From NCBI GenBank assembly GCA_028286915.1, contig JAQBQQ010000006.1:9595-73594 (forward strand): a stretch of DNA of 64,000 nt, in the 5' to 3' direction. Positions 9,573 through 17,970 of this stretch are shown here, piece by piece; position 1 is the first letter of the stretch; every line of letters begins with the position of its first letter. This DNA is from Candidatus Peribacteria bacterium. GTDB taxonomy: Bacteria > Patescibacteriota > Gracilibacteria > Peribacterales > Peribacteraceae. The notes under the pieces were generated by a model that saw only the letters and a program-made list of their open reading frames with translations, ran no database searches and was not told the origin of the DNA. Position numbers and translations under genes: made by a program.

Positions 9573-10289
9573 TCACGAAGGTATTTGCACAAGTAGCGTT
9601 TCGGCCTGTCCGGTTTCTATGGCTTCCACTACTTTTTCGGCTACTTTTTCTACGCTGTCCGCCGGTGGCATGTTCGGCATGGTAAGCGCCGGCTGAGCCG
9701 CCATTCCTCCGCCCAGCGAATTTTTGCCAAAGTTCGTTGCCGTGCGGGTAGGCATAACGGCGCTTACGATAATATTGTCCTTTTCCAATTCGGCACGGGC
9801 CGTATGGCTCAGTGCATTTAAGGCATATTTGGTGGATGCATACGCACCAAGGCCGGGGATATGCATTTTGGAAACCATGGAACTGATATTTACAATCATG
9901 CCCTTACCGGCTGCCCGCATATGCGGAATGACCAGTTGCATATTGTGAAGCGGGGCGATGACATTCAATTCCAGTAAGTGCCTGTATTCGTCCAGGTTAG
10001 TGGTTTCTATGGTCGCATATAGTCCCTGTCCTGCGTTATTAATAAGAATATCAATGCGGCCGTAATGGTCCATTGTTTCCTGAATCATGCGTTCTCTGTC
10101 CTCCTGTCTGGTCATGTCTGCCGCAATTACCAGTGAGTCCGGTAACTCTTTGGACAATTCTTCAAGCGTATCTTTTGACCTGGCAACGAGGGCGACTTTC
10201 GCTCCTTTGTGCGTTAGTGCCTGTGCGGCAGCTTTGCCAATGCCATGTGATGCGCCGGTAATAAGGATGATGGAATCTGCAATAGTCAT
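9573..10289 (-). CDS. SDR family oxidoreductase
   Basis: TGASHGIG, NNAG, YASTK catalytic motif. Confidence 0.93.
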   Translation of the reverse strand: MTIADSIILITGASHGIGKAAAQALTHKGAKVALVARSKDTLEELSKELPDSLVIAADMTRQEDRERMIQETMDHYGRIDILINNAGQGLYATIETTNLDEYRHLLELNVIAPLHNMQLVIPHMRAAGKGMIVNISSMVSKMHIPGLGAYASTKYALNALSHTARAELEKDNIIVSAVMPTRTATNFGKNSLGGGMAAQPALTMPNMPPADSVEKVAEKVVEAIETGQAETLLVQIPS

Positions 10290-10398
10290 AAATTTTATTC
10301 TAATGCATTCCCGGAAATATTGTAGTATTTTCCGAAGATATATGCAGATGTAATCTCGTTTCCGGGTGCTGTGATTATGTGCACATTTTATTTGAAAG

Positions 10399-10414
10399 GT
10401 GTACGAAAGTACAC
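10399..10414 (+). promoter_or_regulatory. Candidate SOS (LexA-type) operator
   Basis: GTGTAC-GAAA-GTACAC palindrome filling the spacer of TTGAAA-N17-TATGCT upstream of a DNA repair gene. Confidence 0.55.
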
Positions 10415-10452
10415 TATGCTAAGAACACTTCTATCCTTTAATCACACATCTT

Positions 10453-11055
10453 ATGAACTTCGATAAGCTCAAAGAACAATTTTCAGCCGAGGATGTTGAG
10501 TGGCGCATTGGCCGGGCGGGCTATACATTCAATGGAAAGTTGTATGCTACGGCGCTGGCATATATAACAAACCGCGCCATTATGAATCGCCTGGACCAGG
10601 TGTGCGGACCGGAAAACTGGCGTAACGAATTCCGCGAATGGCATGTGGGAAGCAGACACGGCGTACTCTGCGGTCTTTCCATTCGTATTAACAATGAATG
10701 GGTGACTAAGTGGGATGCAGCCGAGAATACGGATATTGAACCTGTTAAAGGTGGCATCTCCGATTCCATGAAACGGGCCGGCGTACAATGGGGCATTGGC
10801 CGCTACCTGTATGATCTAACCGAAGGTTTTGCCATTATTCAATCCGATGGACAGTACTACGCGCAGGGGAAAGATAAATTATCCGGTAAAGAGTATCGCT
10901 TCCGCTGGAATGCACCGCAATTGCCGGAGTGGGCTCTGCCAAAAGCCAAGTTTATTGCGGCAACTGCCAAAGTGCGTTCGCCACGGAAGAAAATTATAAA
11001 AGATCCTGCCGTACAGAATAAAGCCATAGAACAGGAGCCAGTCGCAAAGAGCTAG
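10453..11055 (+). CDS. Rad52/Rad22 family single-strand annealing protein (Sak/DdrA-like)
   Basis: F...DVEWR, LAYITNRAIMNRLD.VCG..NW, KGGISDSMKRA.VQWGIGRYLY. Confidence 0.88.
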   Translation: MNFDKLKEQFSAEDVEWRIGRAGYTFNGKLYATALAYITNRAIMNRLDQVCGPENWRNEFREWHVGSRHGVLCGLSIRINNEWVTKWDAAENTDIEPVKGGISDSMKRAGVQWGIGRYLYDLTEGFAIIQSDGQYYAQGKDKLSGKEYRFRWNAPQLPEWALPKAKFIAATAKVRSPRKKIIKDPAVQNKAIEQEPVAKS

Positions 11056-11259
11056 GAGCTTATGAGGCTGTAGAGAAATTTGGCCGGTGTATGAGACTGA
11101 AGCTTGCTCTCTTGGATACATAGCAACTTCTAAAGCTGCTACTTATTCATTCGGGCAGATACATAGTCTCTGCACCGTTCTGCATTATCCTAAAATACAC
11201 ATAATGACATGCAACCGAATTGGATAGGCCCGCAGGCGTGCGTGGGGCATACTTTTAGC

Positions 11260-13245
11260 ATGAAACATCTCTCCCGCCTGTCTGTTGCCGATGCGCTTTT
11301 ACTTTTTTTACTGACATTCACCATTCTTTGGAAGGGCGGCAAGAGTCTGGAATCCACCTGGCTATTGGTGTTCGTTGCAGGGTTTTGCGTTTTGAGTTAC
11401 TGGGAACATCATCGCCGGAAAAAAGATAATTATACGCTGGGCGTTTCGCCGCTGGTGTGGTGGAGCGGTGTGCTGTTTATTGTCTGGACGGTATGCAGCT
11501 TTTATTTTTCCACAACCCGAAACTACGGCTTCGACGAAGTGATCCGTGATACGGCGCTTATTCTTCTGCTATATATTATAGCGCGTCGCAAGCCTGATGA
11601 CGCCTCCCGGAATCATATAACGGGCCGTCATATAGTCTGGCTGATTGCCATACTTTCGGTACTGGCGTGTGAGATAGGCGTGGCGGTGTATGTATTTCAG
11701 CCGGTAAACCGTTTTGTGGGTACGTTTTTTGATTATCGCTTTACCACTGATTATTGGCCAAATGCCTGGGCGGAATTCCTGCTGCTCGCATGGCCGGCTG
11801 TCTTATGGCGCTTCAATTATGCAAAAATACGGTTTGCACGTATTGGCTGGTTTTTGGGATTGGGCTTTGTCTTTGGCTGCATGCTTCTAAGCTATTCGCG
11901 TGGCGCGCTCCTGGCCTTGTTTGGCCAGTTGTTTATTTTTGGCGCTTTTGCGCTTATGGCGAAGCAAAAAGAGGAACATTCGTTTGTTGCCCAGCTGCGT
12001 CATTGGTTTAAAAAAAGCGCGCCTATTAAGGGCTATGTCTACCTGCTCATTCCCGTACTGGCCGTGAGTATTTTTCTTATTGTCAATGGTCTCAGATCCC
12101 AATTTTTTGCCGTGCAGGATGTCGGCCAGAAAATTACATTTACCGCCGCCGAAGGAGCGTCATCCAAAACAGAACGTTCGCAGTTCTGGCGGCAGGCGGC
12201 ACATTTGTCGCTGGAAAAACCGCTCTTTGGCTGGGGCCCGTACAGTTTCCGTTTCCTGCAGCCGTATAAGCAGGAAGGAATTCTGGAAACAGCCGATCAT
12301 CCGCATAATGTATTTCTAAAGATCGCCATGGAGCGCGGCTACCCGGCGCTGCTTTTGTACCTGTTATTCCTGGGCGGTATTTTAATTCCGGCCGGTCGCC
12401 GTATAATTCGCAGAGGTACTCTGTTGGATACTCATACACTGTCATTCATAGCCGTACTTGGCGTGCTGGCACATAATCTTATTGATTACAATTTGCAGTT
12501 TGTAGGCGTGAGTCTGCCGCTTACATTTCTTCTCGGTATTCTGGCGGCATCAGACAGGGCGTACGTATTTCCGCAGAAGAAAGTTGTGCGTGTCGTGGAA
12601 ATAGTCATGGCATGCGTATTGCTCATTGTCACAATTTCAGAAGGTAGATATCTCTTTCTTTCGTCACTCGGGCGCCATGCGGAATCGGTGGGCAATACGC
12701 AAGCGGCGCTCACATGGTACACAGCCGCTTCGCATGAGTTATTCTCCCGCGATTTATTGTTGAGCCAGGCTGAATTATATGCCGAAATCGGTGACATGAC
12801 TGCAGCGCAAAAAGCATTACGGGCATACCATTTGGTCAATGCGTGGGACTACCGTTGGGCCAAGCTGGCAGGTTTGCTTGCGTACGAAAATGGCGACAAT
12901 GCCCGGGCTCGGGAGTTGCTCACGCAAGCGTACGCAGCCGGCAAATATAATGACATAAGCATTGTAAAGCCGCTGCTGCAAAGCTCTATTGCCCTGGGCA
13001 AACCGGCGTTTACCCAGGACGAATTGGAAAAACTGCTGTCTACGTACCACACTGCCATTCAGAACAATGCGCATTACATTTCACTATCGCCAAATGTGGA
13101 GGCATTTATTGACCTGGCAACCTATGTGGCGGATGTATACCCGGATGCGTCGCTGGCACTTGTGAGTGAAATAGATGATGTGAGGAATAAAGCCCGCGAA
13201 GCGCGTTCGCAGCTTTCGGCACATAAGCCGGGACTTCTGTGGTGA
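11260..13245 (+). CDS. O-antigen ligase (Wzy_C) family protein with C-terminal TPR-like region
   Basis: LLSYSRGA, R..FW, PLFGWGPYSF, HPHNVFL..AMERG, HNLIDYNL. Confidence 0.85.
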   Translation: MKHLSRLSVADALLLFLLTFTILWKGGKSLESTWLLVFVAGFCVLSYWEHHRRKKDNYTLGVSPLVWWSGVLFIVWTVCSFYFSTTRNYGFDEVIRDTALILLLYIIARRKPDDASRNHITGRHIVWLIAILSVLACEIGVAVYVFQPVNRFVGTFFDYRFTTDYWPNAWAEFLLLAWPAVLWRFNYAKIRFARIGWFLGLGFVFGCMLLSYSRGALLALFGQLFIFGAFALMAKQKEEHSFVAQLRHWFKKSAPIKGYVYLLIPVLAVSIFLIVNGLRSQFFAVQDVGQKITFTAAEGASSKTERSQFWRQAAHLSLEKPLFGWGPYSFRFLQPYKQEGILETADHPHNVFLKIAMERGYPALLLYLLFLGGILIPAGRRIIRRGTLLDTHTLSFIAVLGVLAHNLIDYNLQFVGVSLPLTFLLGILAASDRAYVFPQKKVVRVVEIVMACVLLIVTISEGRYLFLSSLGRHAESVGNTQAALTWYTAASHELFSRDLLLSQAELYAEIGDMTAAQKALRAYHLVNAWDYRWAKLAGLLAYENGDNARARELLTQAYAAGKYNDISIVKPLLQSSIALGKPAFTQDELEKLLSTYHTAIQNNAHYISLSPNVEAFIDLATYVADVYPDASLALVSEIDDVRNKAREARSQLSAHKPGLLW

Positions 13246-13601
13246 GTGCTCAAGAGGGCAGAAAAAATAAGATGCCATAAAACGTATCGAATCGGCTAAT
13301 ACACAAACTCTATACAAATGGCTTCTGTAAGCCATAAAATTGATGTTTATCGTAACTGATTTTTAAAGCTCGTTTCCGTATTCAGAATACAAAACAATTA
13401 CTAATTCTAGTCAAAAAACTATATATCATGTGTATACATATCTTCTCAGCTGATTGAAGGCAGTCGTACCATGGCCATATCATTCTTCGTTATGAACAAA
13501 AATGCCACCCTCGCAGGGCGAGGATGCTTGAATTTGTATACCGCTCTCACTTTCTACTGATCTTCCTGTGCGAGCGGGACCGGGGATTCACTCCACTCTT
13601 C

Positions 13602-13715
13602 CTATCCAACGGCTGGAAGGCCGATCATCATTCCTGCGAGGAATGTAATCATGAGCACGTGCATAAGCACGAGAGGGAGCGAAACACGACGGGATAAGTG
13701 CTTCACTGGTTTCAT
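13602..13715 (-). CDS. 37-aa hydrophobic microprotein (not in ORF track)
   Basis: MKPVKHLSRRVSLPLVLMHVLMITFLAGMMIGLPAVG; own promoter TGGACA-N16-TACAAT and AAGGGG SD. Confidence 0.55.
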   Translation of the reverse strand: MKPVKHLSRRVSLPLVLMHVLMITFLAGMMIGLPAVG

Positions 13716-14011
13716 AATACCCCTTTTGACGGGGGAGAAGCATTGTAATGACAGGAGTTTTATTGTCCATTGTTACTTGACTACATTATGTGATCAGAGT
13801 TTATTCATACTCAATAAGCAAAAAGGCTGAACAATAGATGATTTATTGATGTTTACAAAAATTACTATATAACAATATTTATGCCTATGTACCAGCATTT
13901 AAGGCGTTTGATTCAATACAATAGCCCACTCCCAAGCCTATTTGCCGTGTTGCTGAAATGGTTTTTGTACAGGAAATCTGCGGAAGCAGTGCCTGCCTGA
14001 GCCCTACGCAA

Positions 14012-14176
14012 CTATTTTCCCTCGCCCACGCCTACGGCATCTTTACTGCCCATATCGGTAAATGTGCCACCGAATTTATCCTGATTATCTTCCGGCTTGT
14101 TATCCATGCCTTCGGGTTTTCTATCGCCCATGTCCAGCAAATGGCCGCCAAAACCTGTCTTCTTCTTGTCTGCCAT
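14012..14176 (-). CDS. 54-aa hydrophilic small protein with internal FGG..DMG repeat
   Basis: MADKKKTGFGGHLLDMGDRK...KFGGTFTDMGSK; pyrimidine-rich upstream typical of this genome. Confidence 0.55.
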   Translation of the reverse strand: MADKKKTGFGGHLLDMGDRKPEGMDNKPEDNQDKFGGTFTDMGSKDAVGVGEGK

Positions 14177-14417
14177 AATAAAGATGGGAATTAATACTCT
14201 AATACCATAGAAGACGTTCACAGGCTGCAGTTATGACTCCGGGCTTTCACGGTCTGCAAACACGCATGCATCACTTGCCCAAATAAACGGTGCTGTTTTA
14301 TGTATGAATCGTTCTGTTTCATTTGGATTCTCTCGGGTGAGAATTGTGTTGCAAGTTCATCGGGTCGTTGCCTCCTGTTCTTGTGAAGAAGATATAACTG
14401 CGGGTAACATTATTTTC

Positions 14418-15368
14418 ATGTCCAAACAAGAATTTACGATCATCTCTGCCGGGTACCTGGTGCTCTTTGGCGTGATCTTTTATTTTACGCAGTGCGATAA
14501 AAACGGTTGCGGAACCGTAGCCAAGCCTCCTTCACTTATGACGTTTACCGAGTGTGCATCAGCCGGTTACCCCGTGCTGGAATCTTTGCCCAGACGTTGT
14601 CAGTTGCCCGATGGCACGATTGTGACCGAAGAAAAAACAGTAGCCGTCACCGCGCCGCCGGTAGACAACATAAAAAAGAGTGACTCCGTTATTACGGTTA
14701 CGGAACCCGCAGCCAATGCGAGTATCGGCCTGCCTGTTGCGCTTCGGGGAAAGGCAAGTGTGTTTGAAGGGCAGGTGCATTATATATTACACGATGAAGA
14801 TGGCACCGTACTGGTGGAAAATACGACCGATGTACAAACTGACGGTACCTTTCAAGTAAGCATGGTCTATGCTGAACCATTTGGAAAAAAGGGAACGCTG
14901 GAGGTGTTTGAGTCACTGCCGGCCTCTGGTATTGAGCCAACACGTATTCATATTCCGGTTCTGTTTGCCGCAGTTCAGGCTCAACCGGTGGGTGTGTACT
15001 TTATGAATCTGGCACAAGACCCGGAGCGAAAAGACTGTAAAAATGTAACGCCGTTTACGCGCAGAGTGTCCCAGAGTGGCTCCATAGAACGTACGGCTCT
15101 GGAGGAGTTGTTAAAAGGACCGGTGGAAAGTGATATACGAAAAAAGGCGCAGACGTCCATTCCGAGTGGCGTCAGCCTGCATTCTTTTTCTCTGGTAAAG
15201 GGAGTGGCAAAGGCGGATTTTACTGATGCACTCATAAAAGATGTCGCAGGCATCTGCCGCACCAGGGCAATCCGCGCACAAATTGAACAGACGCTGAAGC
15301 AATTTCCATCCGTCAAAACCGTCGTCATCAGTGTGAATGGAAAGCCTGACGGAGTGTTGCCGAAGTAA
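14418..15368 (+). CDS. Membrane-anchored Gmad2 (Ig-like) plus GerMN domain protein
   Basis: TFTECASAGYPVLESLPRRC, G.A.VFEG, ALEELLKGP, QIEQTLKQFP.V..V.I.VNG. Confidence 0.85.
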   Translation: MSKQEFTIISAGYLVLFGVIFYFTQCDKNGCGTVAKPPSLMTFTECASAGYPVLESLPRRCQLPDGTIVTEEKTVAVTAPPVDNIKKSDSVITVTEPAANASIGLPVALRGKASVFEGQVHYILHDEDGTVLVENTTDVQTDGTFQVSMVYAEPFGKKGTLEVFESLPASGIEPTRIHIPVLFAAVQAQPVGVYFMNLAQDPERKDCKNVTPFTRRVSQSGSIERTALEELLKGPVESDIRKKAQTSIPSGVSLHSFSLVKGVAKADFTDALIKDVAGICRTRAIRAQIEQTLKQFPSVKTVVISVNGKPDGVLPK

Positions 15369-15483
15369 TTCGCAGAGCGTATTACTATGAATAGTGTCCA
15401 TTTTAAAATTTAAGCAGATTTGTTCGTTTGCACGCTGTTGTCCTCTATAGTTTTATACACTCATTCTTTTACCTTTATCTTGT

Positions 15484-16077
15484 ATGGACGCAACGCCTCA
15501 GCGCAGGAAATTCGGTTGGTTATTTGGAATTCTTGGTGTCGTTATTGTACTTCTTCTATGGTCATTTGGCAGTTATAACGGACTGATCAGATCCAAAGCG
15601 GCAGTGGATAATTCCTGGGCGCAGGTGCAGACGCAGTATCAGCGTCGGTTTGACCTGGTGCCGAACCTTGTGAGCACGGTAAAAGGCGCCGCAAATTTTG
15701 AGCAGCAGACACTTACGCAGGTAACGGAGGCGCGAACCAAATTTTTGAGTGGCGGCTCCAGGAGTGACCAGATAGCGGCTGCCGGTCAGTTTGAGTCCGC
15801 TTTGTCGCGGTTACTTGTAACGGTGGAGGCTTACCCGCAGCTTAAGGCGACACAGGCATTCAGTGATCTTATGGCGCAGTTGGAAGGAACAGAAAACCGC
15901 ATTGCCGTTGCCCGCAAGGATTATAATGACGCAGTGACGACATATAATGTGAAAGTGCGCAGTTTCCCGGCTGTCATTTTTGCCTCTATTTTCGGCTTCG
16001 GCCCGGAGAAATTATTCGAGAGCAGCCAGGGCGCAAGCCAGGCTCCGGCTGTTAACTTTGATCAGAAGAGCTCCTAA
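15484..16077 (+). CDS. lemA: LemA family protein
   Basis: YNGL....W.QV..QYQRR.DLVPNLV, EAYPQLKA, ENRIAVAR..YN. Confidence 0.95.
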   Translation: MDATPQRRKFGWLFGILGVVIVLLLWSFGSYNGLIRSKAAVDNSWAQVQTQYQRRFDLVPNLVSTVKGAANFEQQTLTQVTEARTKFLSGGSRSDQIAAAGQFESALSRLLVTVEAYPQLKATQAFSDLMAQLEGTENRIAVARKDYNDAVTTYNVKVRSFPAVIFASIFGFGPEKLFESSQGASQAPAVNFDQKSS

Positions 16078-16946
16078 TGCACGCCTCCCGTTTTCTTACC
16101 GGCATGAGCCTGGGTCTGATTGGGCTGGCTTTTCCTTTTGTCTCTGCATGTGCGGCATTTGATCCGCCGGCGAATGACGGTTTTGTCACCGATGCGGCAC
16201 ATATTCTTACGCCACAGGAAGAACAGGATCTGGAAAAACGACTGGATGCGTACCAAAAAGAAACCAGCAATGAAATTGCCATACTTATTGTTCCCAGTCT
16301 GAACGGCCAGCCTATTGAGGATGCGGCAGTGGATATCGGCCGCAAGTGGGGAATCGGTTCCAAGCAGAATAACGGCATTCTGATGTTAATGGATTACGAC
16401 AAGCGCGACATGGTGATTGCAACCGGTTACGGGCTGGAAGGCGCCGTACCCGACATTGTCGCCAAAGGTATTATTGATAAAGATATAGCGCCGGAGACAA
16501 AGCAGGGACATTATTATGCCGGTCTTCTGGCCGGCATAAGTGCACTGCAAAAACATATCGGCGGTGAATACACAGCGGCCCGTTATGACACGGGTAATGG
16601 TCCCGGCTTTCCCGGCTACCTGCTCTTTTTCGTTTTTATTTTCCTGAATTTTCTCGGGTCTTTTTTGGGCCGGACACGTTCGTGGTGGTTTGGAGGAGTG
16701 CTGGGCGCTGTCTTCGGCATTATTCTGACATTTTTGTTTTCATGGTGGGTTTCCATTCCACTGCTTATTGCACTCGGTTTACTCTTTGATTTTATTGTGT
16801 CCCGCGCACCGCGTGGCGGCTACAGAGGCGGACGGGGCGGACCATGGGGAGGCGGGGGATTCGGTGGCGGCACGCGCGGAGGCGGCGGCTTTGGTGGTTT
16901 TGGCGGCGGCTCATTCGGTGGCGGTGGCGCCAGAGGAAAGTGGTAA
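16077..16946 (+). CDS. TPM domain protein (YgcG-like) with Gly-rich tail
   Basis: FVTDAA.IL, WGIG...NNG, TGYGLEG.VPD, GGGSFGGGGARG.W; coupled to lemA. Confidence 0.92.
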   Translation: MHASRFLTGMSLGLIGLAFPFVSACAAFDPPANDGFVTDAAHILTPQEEQDLEKRLDAYQKETSNEIAILIVPSLNGQPIEDAAVDIGRKWGIGSKQNNGILMLMDYDKRDMVIATGYGLEGAVPDIVAKGIIDKDIAPETKQGHYYAGLLAGISALQKHIGGEYTAARYDTGNGPGFPGYLLFFVFIFLNFLGSFLGRTRSWWFGGVLGAVFGIILTFLFSWWVSIPLLIALGLLFDFIVSRAPRGGYRGGRGGPWGGGGFGGGTRGGGGFGGFGGGSFGGGGARGKW

Positions 16947-17089
16947 GACTTTTTGGAGAACTGTTTTTGTATAAGTTGAGTGCTCCTCTATTGCACTGAT
17001 TGGAACCTGGAATCCTTTTTTCACGAGCGACATAGAGTGGCGAATGTATGCATGATGCGGCACAATAGTTCCCGCTTCTCCCTTATGCC

Positions 17090-17965
17090 ATGCGTTGTTC
17101 TCTTGTAACTTCCGGTTTTTGTGTTTTAGTTCTTGTTTCTTGTGTCTCGCAAACAGGCCTGGCACCCGGTGACGTACTCGGCAAAGCCGCTACAGCCAGC
17201 AGAAATCTTCAATCTGTTAATTTTAACGGCAACGGAACACTGCAAATCGGGAAGGAAAATCAGAAGGCTGATATACAAATACAGGCGCAGGGTTCATTGC
17301 AGGATGAAGGGAAGCAGACCCAATTGCTGGTTACGCTGGGCGGAACGTTTACTGATAAAAAACAAGACTATGCCGTACATGGCAATGCGGAGATTATTGT
17401 TGCCGGGCCCGATGAAATATATCTGAATGTTCACTCACTGGAGACGACGCCCGCACATCCGCTTTTGAATCAACAGATGATTAAAAACTTAGGGGGCCAG
17501 TGGTGGAAGCTGCCGGCCGGTACTAAAAAGTCCGCCTCCATTTCGCCGGACCCAAGCCTGTTGCGCGCGCAATCGGAAGTTGTGAAAGTATCCAAGAATT
17601 ATGGTATCGAAAAAATCGACGGTACAGATGCCTACCATTACGATGTTCTGATTGATAAAGACAAGTTGCTGGCGTTTTTGCAGAAGACAGCTCAGGAGAA
17701 AGGCGAATTATTTGAAACCGAAAAAGCCAGGCAGATGATAGGTGGTTTTGACGCAAAGGGTTCGGTGTGGGTTGATGCGTCTACGTTTTTTCTGCACAAA
17801 ATTATGTGGAGCGTGGCGCCCGTTTCACCGGCGACAGATTCGTATGCGTTTACACTGGAACTTAATTTTACCGGCCATAATGCCGCCGCCGCTATTTCTC
17901 CGCCAGCCAAATTCAATATTATGTCGCCGAACATACCATTGCAAACCCCCGTTTCCTCCCGGTAA
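17090..17965 (+). CDS. Lipoprotein, possibly LppX/LprAFG (LolA-like) fold
   Basis: Lipobox LVSC; GQWWKL, G.E.IDG..AYHY, G.VWVD pattern. Confidence 0.55.
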   Translation: MRCSLVTSGFCVLVLVSCVSQTGLAPGDVLGKAATASRNLQSVNFNGNGTLQIGKENQKADIQIQAQGSLQDEGKQTQLLVTLGGTFTDKKQDYAVHGNAEIIVAGPDEIYLNVHSLETTPAHPLLNQQMIKNLGGQWWKLPAGTKKSASISPDPSLLRAQSEVVKVSKNYGIEKIDGTDAYHYDVLIDKDKLLAFLQKTAQEKGELFETEKARQMIGGFDAKGSVWVDASTFFLHKIMWSVAPVSPATDSYAFTLELNFTGHNAAAAISPPAKFNIMSPNIPLQTPVSSR

Positions 17966-17970
17966 AGAAC

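Noticed and set aside
10453-11055. Prophage inferred from the Sak-like recombinase
   Set aside because: No integrase, structural or replication genes nearby.
13551-13563. TTTCTACTGATCT resembling part of a Cas12a repeat
   Set aside because: Single copy, no spacer periodicity, no cas genes.
13360-13770. 60-aa ORF extendable through in-frame TGAs, suggesting genetic code 25
   Set aside because: Conserved genes (tal, tsaD, rsmH) end in TGA and have no internal TGA. An alternative-frame 37-aa ORF explains the region better.
16810-16940. GGC-rich repeat tract
   Set aside because: Encodes the normal Gly-rich tail of TPM/YgcG proteins.
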